DNA of 64,000 nt, from NCBI GenBank assembly GCA_026391805.1, contig JAPLDJ010000022.1, positions 2,253 to 66,252 of the forward strand. The letters are read 5' to 3'. The notes under the pieces are model-generated. The model searched no databases and was not told the origin of the DNA. It saw only the letters and a program-made list of their open reading frames with translations. This document shows positions 47,253-56,950 of this stretch, one piece after another. Position 1 is the first letter of the stretch. Each line of letters opens with the position of its first letter. Origin of the DNA: Bacteroidota bacterium (GTDB lineage: Bacteria; Bacteroidota; Bacteroidia; Bacteroidales; FEN-979). Both the position numbers and the translations under genes were made by a program.

Positions 47253-47954
47253 ATGAAGGCAGTAATTATGGCAGGCGGAAAGGGAACCCGGCTGAAACCC
47301 TATTCAACGACTATTCCAAAACCATTAGTCCCGGTTGGAGAGAAGGCCATAATTGAGATCCTTCTAAACAGGCTTAAGAATAGCGGAGTAGATGAGGTTT
47401 TTATCTGCCTGAATCATTTTGCTGAATTCATAATGGCTTTTCTAGGTGATGGCCGCAAGTTTGATATCAGAATCAATTATTCCGTCGAGGACCGTCCATT
47501 GAGTACCGTTGCTCCTGTTAAACTTATTCATGACCTCCCCGAAGATTTTCTTGTCATGAATGGAGATCTTCTTACAGACCTCAATTTCGGTGATCTTTTT
47601 TTACATCATAAGGGAAATGACTCCATGCTCACAGTTGCAACTTACAAACGGACATCAAAGATCGACTTTGGAGTCATTGATGTTGATTGTAATCACAAAG
47701 TTGCAGTGGGATTCAGGGAAAAACCTGAATTTGATTTTGATGTAAGCATGGGTGTATATGCCATGAACAGGAAGGTCCTGGATTTTGTCCCCTTAAATGA
47801 GCCGTTTGGATTCGATCACCTGATGCTCAGAATGCTGGAAGACAAACACCCCATTTCCGTTTATCAGTATGAAGGTTATTGGCTCGATATTGGCCGGCCC
47901 GAAGATTATGAAAGGGCCAATGAGGATATTTACAAAATTTCCGGACTATTGTGA
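47253..47954 (+). CDS. Sugar-1-phosphate nucleotidyltransferase
   Basis: 233 aa with the N-terminal MAGGKGTRLKPYS...PKPLVPV signature of NDP-sugar pyrophosphorylases. Confidence 0.85.
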   Translation: MKAVIMAGGKGTRLKPYSTTIPKPLVPVGEKAIIEILLNRLKNSGVDEVFICLNHFAEFIMAFLGDGRKFDIRINYSVEDRPLSTVAPVKLIHDLPEDFLVMNGDLLTDLNFGDLFLHHKGNDSMLTVATYKRTSKIDFGVIDVDCNHKVAVGFREKPEFDFDVSMGVYAMNRKVLDFVPLNEPFGFDHLMLRMLEDKHPISVYQYEGYWLDIGRPEDYERANEDIYKISGLL

Positions 47955-48808
47955 AAAAAATCTTGGTGACCGGGGCAAGAGGATTCATGGGGAGAAGGCT
48001 TGTTGAAAGATTAACCCTTCTTGGTAAAATGGTTATTGGAATTGATAAGGAGGATGGAGATATTGCAAATGAAGATGCCTTGGGACTTTTTGAAAAGGAA
48101 GATATCTCCTATGTCTTTCATCTAGCTGGGAAAACATTTGTTCCTGACAGCTGGAAAAATCCTTCGGAATTTTACAGGGTAAATGTTCTAGGGACCCAGA
48201 ACGTACTCGACTTTTGTAGGAAAACTGGAGCTATGCTGACTTATGTCAGCTCGTACGTTTACGGCACCCCTCAGTACCTTCCGATCGATGAAACACATCC
48301 TCTGAACGCATACAATCCATACAGCCACACAAAAATTCTTGCAGAGGAGGTTTGCGGATATTACCGGGATCAGTTCGGGGTCCAAATGACAATACTGAGA
48401 CCCTTCAATGCATACGGACCCGGTCAGTCAGAACCGTTTTTGATACCTGAACTAATACGCAAAATATTTGACAAAGCAAATCCTATCATCGAAGTTTCAG
48501 ATACGAGACCAAAGAGGGATTACATATTTATCGACGACTTGGTAGATGCGCTCTTGCTTTCAATGGATGGGCCGAAAGGCATATACAATGTCGGAAGCGG
48601 TTACTCCGTTAGTGTCGGTGAACTAATCGACCTGTTAAGCAACATCTCAGGGGTGATGAAAGTAACGGTTTCAGCAAATGCAGAAAGACCGCTGGAGATC
48701 TTTGATCTTTTCGCTGATGTCTCGAAGATTACAGATGCATTGAAATGGCAACCCAAAACTGGGCTGGGACAAGGCCTTGCTGCCTGCATTAAAGGTTATT
48801 CTGGTTAA
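47951..48808 (+). CDS. NAD-dependent epimerase/dehydratase family protein (SDR)
   Basis: 285 aa with VTGARGFMGRRL and the catalytic YSHTK. Its start overlaps the upstream stop. Confidence 0.8.
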   Translation: MKKILVTGARGFMGRRLVERLTLLGKMVIGIDKEDGDIANEDALGLFEKEDISYVFHLAGKTFVPDSWKNPSEFYRVNVLGTQNVLDFCRKTGAMLTYVSSYVYGTPQYLPIDETHPLNAYNPYSHTKILAEEVCGYYRDQFGVQMTILRPFNAYGPGQSEPFLIPELIRKIFDKANPIIEVSDTRPKRDYIFIDDLVDALLLSMDGPKGIYNVGSGYSVSVGELIDLLSNISGVMKVTVSANAERPLEIFDLFADVSKITDALKWQPKTGLGQGLAACIKGYSG

Positions 48809-48878
48809 TCCGGTCTTGATTATAATCAATCGTGGTTCCTCATGATGCTTTGTTCACACGGGACGAATGCATTAAAAA

Positions 48879-50339
48879 CTATTTTGTCGGAAGGAGTTTT
48901 TTCATGAGCTCATCCTTCATGATCCTGATTTCGTTACGGAAGAAGATGATTATAAGAACGACCGCAAGGACCATTTCGATCCAATAGAGCCATAGGTGCG
49001 GCTTGTTAATTGTCAGGATCTCGCTGGCGATGAAAATGCCAAAATAGATCAGCGGCAACGTGATCATTTTCCTGTGGTTGAAGGTAAAATCAAAGATCTT
49101 CCGGGTCTGCCATGCCGTCAGTAGGACCTGTATTGGCCTGTTCAGGATCATGCTAGCCACCGCACCGATTATTCCGAAATATTTTATCAGGATGATGCTG
49201 AGGATAATCTGGATGACTGCCGCCATGCCGAAGATCTTCGGTAACAGCCGGGTTTTCTTGAAGGCGTAAATCGGGGTGGAATACATCATGCCTAGGACTC
49301 TGAAAAGAAAAGAAATGCTGATCAACCCCACGTACTTTAAAGAAAACAGGTAATCCGGCTTCACATGGAACATCGGAATGATGATCTGGACAGCCAAGAT
49401 CGTTGAGGGAATCAGCAGAATTATGAAGGCGGTCATAGCGTTGAAGTATGAATTGTAGTATTTATCGCTTTTCCGGATATCATTCCCTATCAGGTGGTTC
49501 AGCAGCTTCGGGCTCACAGTGCTGTAGATCCCGGTGAGGAAAATATCAATTGCGAACGTTGTCTTTAGCGCAAAATCAAAGATCCCGGTTTCCCTTGTCG
49601 ACAGGAAGCTTGTGATGATGAACCTGTCGCTGTAGCCGAGGCTCCAGTTGAGCAGGTAATTTACAAGGACTGGGAAGCATACGACAACCATCGTGCTGAA
49701 AAATACCCAATCAAAGCTCAGGGGATATTGCCTTATGAGTAGGCACAAAGATAGCAGGAACACAATCCCTGCAGCAATTGCCCGTGCGGTGATCGGCCCG
49801 GTAAGCGTGTTCGGGAACCTAAGTAGCAGGATGATGGTCAATACAACTGTAAGCGAAAAATTCAGCAGGTTGATCCACAGAAACCTCACCGGTTTCTGCT
49901 GGTTGATGAGTAGGTTGTTGTAAGATTTGCTGAAACCGTTGAAGAATGCGGTGATGAGGCTGTAGAACCCGAACGGATAGAATTCAAGCCCCGAGTTTGG
50001 GAAGATGTTCCGGAACAGGAAGGATCCCGTGACCGTTAAAAGGATAATAAAAAGCGTGCCGACGATCAGCATTCCTGACACAAGGGTGCCAAGACGCTTG
50101 TTAAGATTAATCTTTTCGGTCTTGTTCTCAAAGTAGGTGATCTGCAAACCGTAATCCAGGCTGAGGTTGATAATGATCTGGATGAGCATTGTGAATGCAG
50201 TGTACAAAGCAAGCTGCCCATAAAGGCTGGCGCCGAGGTGAACGGCGAAGATGGGCAGGAGAATGAACCCGGAAGCAAGCGGCAGGGATCCGACCAGTGA
50301 ATAAGTGATGGAGGATTTGATAAAATTCTTGCTTATCAT
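48879..50339 (-). CDS. Polysaccharide flippase (Wzx/MOP superfamily)
   Basis: 486 aa polytopic membrane protein with 12 or more predicted TM helices, in a polysaccharide-locus context. Confidence 0.7.
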   Translation of the reverse strand: MISKNFIKSSITYSLVGSLPLASGFILLPIFAVHLGASLYGQLALYTAFTMLIQIIINLSLDYGLQITYFENKTEKINLNKRLGTLVSGMLIVGTLFIILLTVTGSFLFRNIFPNSGLEFYPFGFYSLITAFFNGFSKSYNNLLINQQKPVRFLWINLLNFSLTVVLTIILLLRFPNTLTGPITARAIAAGIVFLLSLCLLIRQYPLSFDWVFFSTMVVVCFPVLVNYLLNWSLGYSDRFIITSFLSTRETGIFDFALKTTFAIDIFLTGIYSTVSPKLLNHLIGNDIRKSDKYYNSYFNAMTAFIILLIPSTILAVQIIIPMFHVKPDYLFSLKYVGLISISFLFRVLGMMYSTPIYAFKKTRLLPKIFGMAAVIQIILSIILIKYFGIIGAVASMILNRPIQVLLTAWQTRKIFDFTFNHRKMITLPLIYFGIFIASEILTINKPHLWLYWIEMVLAVVLIIIFFRNEIRIMKDELMKKLLPTK

Positions 50340-50519
50340 GAGCCAAAATTAGTAAGAAATAAAAGAACATTCTGATTATTTTTCCCTGACCAAACCTGCG
50401 TTCAAGTCAATCAGGCAACTCATATTCCATTTGTTTGTGAACCGATGACGAAAAAATGTGTATTTTTACATCCTTTAGGAAACGAAGGAACATCTCGTTA
50501 AGTGTAACACCTTCGCGCT

Positions 50520-50930
50520 ATGGCAATACTTTCAGATGTTAAGATCATCCAACTACCGAAGATCCCCGATCCCAGGGGGAATCTGTCATTTATCGAAGAG
50601 GAGAAACACATCCCGTTCAAGATCAGGAGAACTTACTGGATCTATGACGTTCCTGGAGGCGAGGTTAGGGGCGGACATGCGTATAAGACGCTGGATGAGT
50701 TCATTATTGCCCTGTCTGGAAGTTTTGACGTTCATCTTGACGATGGCAGAGAGTCAAGTATTTATTCGCTGAATCGCTCTTATTACGGACTTTATGTTCC
50801 AAGGATGATCTGGCGGTCTATCGATAACTTTTCAACCAATTCGCTCTGCCTGATCCTTTCCTCCGATCATTATAATAAAGAGGAGTACCTTTACGATTAC
50901 CGGATTTTTAAAATGCTTGCCAATGGCTGA
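50520..50930 (+). CDS. FdtA/QdtA (WxcM-like) sugar 3,4-ketoisomerase, copy 1
   Basis: 136-aa cupin with DPRGNLSFIE...RTYWIYDVPGGEVRGGHAYK...SSDHYNKEEY, typical of dTDP-4-keto-6-deoxyhexose 3,4-isomerases. Confidence 0.8.
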   Translation: MAILSDVKIIQLPKIPDPRGNLSFIEEEKHIPFKIRRTYWIYDVPGGEVRGGHAYKTLDEFIIALSGSFDVHLDDGRESSIYSLNRSYYGLYVPRMIWRSIDNFSTNSLCLILSSDHYNKEEYLYDYRIFKMLANG

Positions 50931-51348
50931 GTCTGGAAAGACAGAGGTGAATGACTGCAGGGTGATAGAATTACCCAAGATCCATAATCCTGCGGGGAAT
51001 ATTACTGCCCTTAACAACCTTGTTGACCTTCCCTTCAACGTGGAACGGGTTTACTACCTATACGATGTTCCGAGCGGTGAAAGCCGCGGCGGACATGCCC
51101 ACAAAGAATTACAGCAGCTGATCGTGGCTGCCAGCGGTAGCTTTGAAGTTATCCTCGACGATGGCAGGGAAAAGAAAACGGTCACTCTGAACTGGCCCAA
51201 CTACGGGCTACTGGTGGTTCCAGGCATCTGGAGGGAACTGGTCAACTTCTCATCTGGTACTATCTGCCTTGTCCTTGCGTCCCTCAGGTACAGTGAATCG
51301 GATTACATCAGGGACTACAACCGGTTTACCGAATTCAAGAACATATGA
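50917..51348 (+). CDS. FdtA/QdtA (WxcM-like) sugar 3,4-ketoisomerase, copy 2
   Basis: 143-aa cupin with NPAGNITALN...RVYYLYDVPSGESRGGHAHK...ASLRYSESDY. It is a paralogue of the preceding gene. Confidence 0.8.
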   Translation: MPMAESGKTEVNDCRVIELPKIHNPAGNITALNNLVDLPFNVERVYYLYDVPSGESRGGHAHKELQQLIVAASGSFEVILDDGREKKTVTLNWPNYGLLVVPGIWRELVNFSSGTICLVLASLRYSESDYIRDYNRFTEFKNI

Positions 51349-51902
51349 TCAGGATACATCCTTTGGCCGATGTGCAATCAACCCAGATAGGAGAAGGAAC
51401 TGTTGTTTGGCAGTTCTCAGTCGTGCTGCCAAATGCGGTCATCGGCAAGAACTGCAACATCAATTGTTATGTCTTTATTGAGAATGATGTCGTGGTCGGC
51501 GACAACGTGACCGTTAAATCTGGGGTTCAACTCTGGGACGGGATCAGGGTCGGCGACAACGTTTTCATAGGTCCCAATGCGACTTTCACTAACGATCCAC
51601 TTCCACATTCAAAAGTGTACCCGAAATCGTTCCTCCGGACGGTCATCGGGGAAGGCTCTTCCATCGGGGCGAATGCGACGATCTTGCCAGGGAAAAACAT
51701 CGGGTCTTTCTCCTTCATCGGGGCAGGTAGCGTTATTACTAAAGATGTGCCCCCGTTCACAGTCTGGTACGGAAATCCTGCAAAACACAAGGGATATATC
51801 ACAAAGGAGGGCATCCTTATTGGGATAGATATGAAGGATGAAAATGGAAACAAATACATTTTCCAAAACGGTATACTCTTAAGCAATGATAAAATTTCTT
51901 GA
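51345..51902 (+). CDS. Hexapeptide-repeat N-acetyltransferase (FdtC/QdtC-like)
   Basis: 185 aa with left-handed beta-helix repeats, lying between the isomerase and aminotransferase genes. Confidence 0.75.
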   Translation: MIRIHPLADVQSTQIGEGTVVWQFSVVLPNAVIGKNCNINCYVFIENDVVVGDNVTVKSGVQLWDGIRVGDNVFIGPNATFTNDPLPHSKVYPKSFLRTVIGEGSSIGANATILPGKNIGSFSFIGAGSVITKDVPPFTVWYGNPAKHKGYITKEGILIGIDMKDENGNKYIFQNGILLSNDKIS

Positions 51903-52986
51903 CCTTCAGAAAATAACTTCAGGGCACGGGGATGAGATCATGGAAGCCGTTCGCAGGGTTGTTGACTCCGGCTGGTATATCCTGGGAAATGAAGTGACAA
52001 GTTTCGAGGATGAATTTGCAGGGTTCTCAGGGGTGAGACATTGCATTGGGGTTGCCAACGGCCTCGATGCCCTGCGTATAATCCTGCGTGCTTATATGGA
52101 AACAGGAGTAATGAAAGAGGGTGACGAAGTCATCGTCGCAGCAAATACCTTCATCGCATCGATCCTTGCGATAACTGAAAACAGGCTAGTCCCGGTACTT
52201 GTGGAGCCTGACCTGACAACCTATAATATCGATTACAAAAGGATAGAAGAAGCCGTCACGCCTCGTACAAAGGCGATCATGGTCGTTCATCTTTATGGAC
52301 AATGTGGTTTTACGGAAGAAATCGCAGGGATTGCAAGGAAATATGATCTGAAAGTGATTGAAGACAATGCTCAGGCACAAGGTGCCTTTTTCCGTGACAG
52401 CCGAACAGGATCACTAGGTGATGCGGCCGGAGTGAGCTTTTACCCCGGCAAGAACCTTGGGGCTTTCGGCGATGCAGGTGCCGTATTGACCAATGACGAT
52501 ATTCTGGCTGGTATAGTCAGAACCATCGGAAACTATGGTTCCATGATGAAGTATGAACATTCTTGCCAGGGGCTGAATTCGAGGCTTGATGAGATCCAAG
52601 CAGCCATCCTCCGGGTGAAGCTCAGGCATCTTGACGAAGACAATGCTAAACGGAGAGGGGTTGCGGAACAATATTTAACTTCTATAGGGAATGAAAAGAT
52701 CATTTTGCCGTATGTCGTGGACAGGAAAGGACATGTCTGGCATGTTTTCGTCGTAAGGACGGCTGACCGAAATGGTTTTCAGAGATTCCTTGGGGAAAAA
52801 GGCATCCAAACCCTGATCCATTATCCGGTTCCACCGCACAAACAAAAAGCCTATGCAGACTGGAATAAACTGTATCTGCCGGTGACCGAAAAGATCCATG
52901 CGGAGGTGCTAAGCCTGCCAATTAGCCCGGTGTTGACAGAAGAAGAGACTGAACAGGTCATCTCGGCTGTCAATGCCTATAGATGA
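51886..52986 (+). CDS. DegT/DnrJ/EryC1/StrS family PLP-dependent sugar aminotransferase (FdtB/QdtB-like)
   Basis: 366 aa, full-length DegT-like, with motifs [11 protein letters not shown], the EDNAQAQGA region and [16 protein letters not shown]. Confidence 0.88.
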   Translation: MIKFLDLQKITSGHGDEIMEAVRRVVDSGWYILGNEVTSFEDEFAGFSGVRHCIGVANGLDALRIILRAYMETGVMKEGDEVIVAANTFIASILAITENRLVPVLVEPDLTTYNIDYKRIEEAVTPRTKAIMVVHLYGQCGFTEEIAGIARKYDLKVIEDNAQAQGAFFRDSRTGSLGDAAGVSFYPGKNLGAFGDAGAVLTNDDILAGIVRTIGNYGSMMKYEHSCQGLNSRLDEIQAAILRVKLRHLDEDNAKRRGVAEQYLTSIGNEKIILPYVVDRKGHVWHVFVVRTADRNGFQRFLGEKGIQTLIHYPVPPHKQKAYADWNKLYLPVTEKIHAEVLSLPISPVLTEEETEQVISAVNAYR

Positions 52987-53017
52987 ATCTGCAACTTGCT
53001 ACTTTACAACTTTACCC

Positions 53018-54004
53018 ATGAACGAGGAAAAACCGCTGGTTTCAATACTTATTCTCACATACAACCAAGAGGAATATGTTGCCCGGACCATTGAAAGCGT
53101 GCTGGACCAACGGGGAGATTTTACAAGGGATATCGTCATCGGAGATGATTTTTCCACAGATAATACCCGGAAGATCATCAATGAATTTAAAACCAGGTTT
53201 CCTAGTCTGATCACACTGAATTTTTCCCAAAAGAACAACGGTGTCATTGAGAATTACAGGGCTTCACTCGAGAAATGCCGCGGAGAGTACGTCGCAGTCT
53301 GCGCCGGGGATGATTACTGGCATGATCCGGAGAAACTTTTAAAACAGATCACTTTCCTGGAATCCAATCCTGATTTCGGGGTTGTCCATTCCGATGCCAA
53401 TTACCTGTTTGAGCCGATAGGGAGAAGTAAATTAGCATTCCGAAAAGCGACTGGCGAAAAGATAGAAACGGGATCCGTTTTCGAACCCCTGTTGATCGAC
53501 AATTTCATCCTCGCCGTCACCACCTGTATTCGGACTGCCCTGATTAGGCAGCATGTGGATTTCAATGAATACAGTAGGCTGGGTTTTCCGATGGAAGATT
53601 ACCCGATGTGGCTTGAACTGTCCAAGCATACAAAAATAGGATACCTAGATGAAAGCCTGGCAACCTACCGAATACATTCAAAAAGCATTCGAAATACCAG
53701 TAATTTCCAGAAACGCTACCAGTTTTTTCTTTCCACCCAGGCAGTGAAAAACTATTTTATTGAACGATATGGATGCAATGAAATAGTACGCATGAAAGTT
53801 CTGGAGGGGTTCTATAAAAAAAGCTTACGATATTCAACTATTCAAAAAGATGCTCAATTAGTTAGGGCAGCGTATTACTGGCTGAAATCCCAAGCGGGTT
53901 CCAATCTGACATTTATTGAACACCTATATTTTCTGGGGACTCGAATAAAATTCCTTGGGTCCATTTCAGCTTTCCTGCTGAAAAAAATGAATTCCCTGGA
54001 CTAA
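53018..54004 (+). CDS. Family 2 glycosyltransferase
   Basis: I chose the start at the second Met (MNEEKPLVSILILTYNQEEYV). It has the GT-A motifs ILTYNQ and DDFSTD. Confidence 0.85.
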   Translation: MNEEKPLVSILILTYNQEEYVARTIESVLDQRGDFTRDIVIGDDFSTDNTRKIINEFKTRFPSLITLNFSQKNNGVIENYRASLEKCRGEYVAVCAGDDYWHDPEKLLKQITFLESNPDFGVVHSDANYLFEPIGRSKLAFRKATGEKIETGSVFEPLLIDNFILAVTTCIRTALIRQHVDFNEYSRLGFPMEDYPMWLELSKHTKIGYLDESLATYRIHSKSIRNTSNFQKRYQFFLSTQAVKNYFIERYGCNEIVRMKVLEGFYKKSLRYSTIQKDAQLVRAAYYWLKSQAGSNLTFIEHLYFLGTRIKFLGSISAFLLKKMNSLD

Positions 54005-54945
54005 TTCGAGACGATTTTGTCCTTCTTTACATTCAAGATACTCGCATTCAACTCAAACCCGATCAACAGGCTGAAGGAATTAAAATAAATCCACAGCATG
54101 ACGACAAGCAGGGTGCCGATCGACCCGTAGAGGACATTGTACTTGGTGAAATTGTTTACATAGAAGTTGAATCCAAGGGTGATGATGATGATCAGGAGGG
54201 TTGCGAGGGATGAACCTGCAGAGATAAAGCGGAACTGACGACGTTTGGCGGGTGCAAAATAATAGATGAACGAAATGGCCAGGAAGATCATTCCGACGGT
54301 GATCAGCCATTTCAGAAACAGGATGGCATTGAAATAAAACCGGCTCTCGAGGATCTGGTGGGGGAGAATCGTCGATAAAACCTTGGATCCCAGTGTGATG
54401 AGACCGATGGCAATGATCAGGAGGATTGAATTAATCGCCAGTAAGAGAATGGAATAAAGCCGCTGTTTAAAGGCCGAACGGGTCTCAATGGTGTGGAAAG
54501 TATTATTAAATGCCTCCATCAGGCTGTTGATTCCGTTGGTGGCGAAATACAGCGAAAGAAAAAACCCAAGCGACAACAGTCCTCCATGGGGGCGTATGAC
54601 AATGTCTTCGACCGTTTCCCTGACTGCTGCATACGCCTCATCGGGAAGGAAATCCCGGATTATTTCAAGCAGCGATTGCTGGAAGTTGGAGATCGGGATG
54701 AAGGGGATGATGGTAAAGAAAAAAATCAATGAAGGGAATATCGCCAGGAAGAAACTGAATGAAATGGCTGATGCGCGCGAGGTAATGTATCCCCGGGTGA
54801 GTCCCTTTATAAAGAAAACGGTAACATCATAGAGCGGCATCCCGTCAAATCCGGGCAGAATGATTTTCTTCGACAGGTGGATCAAAAAAGCCACGGGCTT
54901 CCACCGGAAGAAATGTTCATACAATGTCTGCCATCTCATGATCAA
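54001..54945 (-). CDS. YihY/BrkB family inner-membrane protein
   Basis: 314 aa polytopic protein with an N-terminal region and helix pattern typical of the YihY (formerly 'RNase BN') family. Confidence 0.75.
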   Translation of the reverse strand: MIMRWQTLYEHFFRWKPVAFLIHLSKKIILPGFDGMPLYDVTVFFIKGLTRGYITSRASAISFSFFLAIFPSLIFFFTIIPFIPISNFQQSLLEIIRDFLPDEAYAAVRETVEDIVIRPHGGLLSLGFFLSLYFATNGINSLMEAFNNTFHTIETRSAFKQRLYSILLLAINSILLIIAIGLITLGSKVLSTILPHQILESRFYFNAILFLKWLITVGMIFLAISFIYYFAPAKRRQFRFISAGSSLATLLIIIITLGFNFYVNNFTKYNVLYGSIGTLLVVMLWIYFNSFSLLIGFELNASILNVKKDKIVSN

Positions 54946-55805
54946 TCATCAAGGAACGATTTCCTGATTACTTTAAGGCTCATATCCAGGCTTCTGAAGT
55001 TGTGCGTAAGGGCGCCGACGGAAACAAAATCGACACCGGTTTCAGCATATTTACGAACGGTTGAAAGATCAATGCCGCCCGAAGCCTCGGTCTCAAAATG
55101 GCCATTGATAATCCGGACGGCATCGGCAAGATCTTCAAGGGAAAAATTATCGAGCATGATCCGGTCAACCATCTCCTCCCCGTATTTCATCACATCCAGA
55201 AGTTCATCAAAGTTGCGGACCTCGATTTCAATTTTAACAGGAGATATTTTATTGGCTCTTTTGAATTTTTCAAGGGCCAGCATAACCGGCACAATTCCTC
55301 CGGCTATATCAAGATGGTTATCCTTAACCAGGATCATATCGTATAATCCTGTCCGATGGTTAAAACCACCACCGATCCTGACGGCATATTTCTCGAATTC
55401 CCTGAGATTCGGTGTGGTTTTACGGGTATCCAGTACCTTCGTGTTCAATCCATCCAGTTTTTTAACCACCTTGGATGTTTGTGTGGCAATCCCGCTCATC
55501 CGTTGCATGAAATTGAGAACCAGCCGCTCGGCCGCAAGGATGGAATGGATATTCCCCTGAACCTCAAATACAATATCACCCGGTTTGACCGGATCGCCAT
55601 CCTTCATGAATAAATTTAGAGATAAGGAAGGATCAACTTTCTGAAAGATCTTCTCAGCAATGGGAATACCAGCAACTATCCCGGTATCCTTTATCTTTAA
55701 CTGTGCTTTCCCCTGAACGCCCTTTTTGATCACGGTGACAGAAGTAATGTCACCTTCGCCAATGTCCTCCTTCAGGGCATTTTCAATAATTTCATCCAGG
55801 CTCAT
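54942..55805 (-). CDS. nadC: Nicotinate-nucleotide pyrophosphorylase (carboxylating)
   Basis: 287 aa with LDTRKTTPNLREFEKYAVRIGGGFNHR and the MLDNF motif. Confidence 0.93.
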   Translation of the reverse strand: MSLDEIIENALKEDIGEGDITSVTVIKKGVQGKAQLKIKDTGIVAGIPIAEKIFQKVDPSLSLNLFMKDGDPVKPGDIVFEVQGNIHSILAAERLVLNFMQRMSGIATQTSKVVKKLDGLNTKVLDTRKTTPNLREFEKYAVRIGGGFNHRTGLYDMILVKDNHLDIAGGIVPVMLALEKFKRANKISPVKIEIEVRNFDELLDVMKYGEEMVDRIMLDNFSLEDLADAVRIINGHFETEASGGIDLSTVRKYAETGVDFVSVGALTHNFRSLDMSLKVIRKSFLDD

Positions 55806-55821
55806 AAAATGGTTGGTTGAA

Positions 55822-56235
55822 TTAATTCTCCTTTTGGATCTGCAGCTGCTGGATCAGGAATTTCCCTGATACCTTTTTCAGCAGATAATAGACCCTGAAG
55901 TTATCTGCACCTGCTTTCATTTCGCCAATGGCAAAAAGGGATCCGTCGGTGGATGATCCCTGGCGGTTAATCTTCAGCGATTTCAACGGATTTTTTATAA
56001 AAAAGTCTTTCAGGATCTGGGTTGCCTGGGTCTTGCTGTAAGTGTCTTCATTTCCGGAAATTCCAAGATCGACCATGGAATTAAAATATTCAGATAATGC
56101 GGTCGCATTTCCTTCCGTGAGCGCCGCGATGATCTGTTTATGCGGGTCATCGGGAACAGAAGAGGACATTGAAAGGCGCGGGAACAGGATCCCTACCAGG
56201 AGCAATACCGGAATCATTTTCCATGGGTGTATCAT
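55822..56235 (-). CDS. Small secreted protein of unknown function (possibly DUF4783 family)
   Basis: 137 aa with a signal peptide. It lies between nadC and rlmH, where Bacteroidota commonly carry a DUF4783 protein. That family assignment is from memory. Confidence 0.45.
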   Translation of the reverse strand: MIHPWKMIPVLLLVGILFPRLSMSSSVPDDPHKQIIAALTEGNATALSEYFNSMVDLGISGNEDTYSKTQATQILKDFFIKNPLKSLKINRQGSSTDGSLFAIGEMKAGADNFRVYYLLKKVSGKFLIQQLQIQKEN

Positions 56236-56350
56236 AATCCTTGGTAGTTAAAGAAAAATACACTAATTATGCAAACTTACGAAAAAATGAACAATTTTCA
56301 TGATCAGGAAGAATTGATTTATATCGTAAGGATTTGCCAGTATTAACACT

Positions 56351-56824
56351 ATGAAAGTCAAATTGCTGGTCATCGGGAAGACCGATGAACCGTACATAAG
56401 AAAAGGGCTTGACGAATACGAAAGCCGGGTAAAAAGATACCTTTCTTTTGAAATGGTCGAAATACCGGGATTGAAAAATGCGCTTCATCTTAGTAAGCAG
56501 GAATGGAAAGCAAAGGAAGCTGCAAAAATCCTGCCGTTCCTGTCCCCGTCGGATATCATTGTTCTCCTTGATGAAACAGGGAAAGAGATGACCTCAGTTG
56601 AATTCTCGTCCTTCCTGAATCAGAAATTCAGCTCAAGCGCCAAAAACCTGGTGTTCATCATCGGCGGCCCTTATGGGTTTGATGATTCGGTAAGGAAGAT
56701 GGCAGGTTTCCAGCTATCACTTTCCCGCATGACCTTTTCCCACCAGATGGTCCGTCTTTTTTTTCTCGAACAGTTATACAGGGCCCTTACCATTCTCCGG
56801 AACGAATCGTACCACCATGAATAA
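56351..56824 (+). CDS. rlmH: 23S rRNA (pseudouridine1915-N3)-methyltransferase
   Basis: 157-aa SPOUT fold with MKVKLLVIGKT... and the C-terminal IIGGPYGF...LSLSRMTFSHQMVR. Confidence 0.92.
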   Translation: MKVKLLVIGKTDEPYIRKGLDEYESRVKRYLSFEMVEIPGLKNALHLSKQEWKAKEAAKILPFLSPSDIIVLLDETGKEMTSVEFSSFLNQKFSSSAKNLVFIIGGPYGFDDSVRKMAGFQLSLSRMTFSHQMVRLFFLEQLYRALTILRNESYHHE

Positions 56825-56918
56825 AACAACCGGGAAACCTTGTCAATCCTTAACATTTCTTTAACTAGACGGTTAACAAATATTAACATAAAAATTTTTT
56901 ACAGGTTTTTCAATTGCA

Positions 56919-56926
56919 TAAATTTG
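56919..56926 (+). promoter_or_regulatory. Candidate -7 promoter box (TAAATTTG) for the Bat/MoxR operon
   Basis: Exact TAnnTTTG match, with 24 nt between the box and the ATG at 56951. Confidence 0.45.
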
Positions 56927-56950
56927 CACCCTTAAAAAATAACCCAGACC

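Noticed and set aside
52973-53017. Upstream start for the GT2 gene ([15 protein letters not shown]...) and, similarly, the 5' extension of the adhesin ORF (39595..39657).
   Set aside because: The extensions overlap the preceding gene or lack signal-peptide character. The internal Met residues give the canonical GT2 N-terminus (VSILILTYNQ) and a proper signal peptide, respectively.
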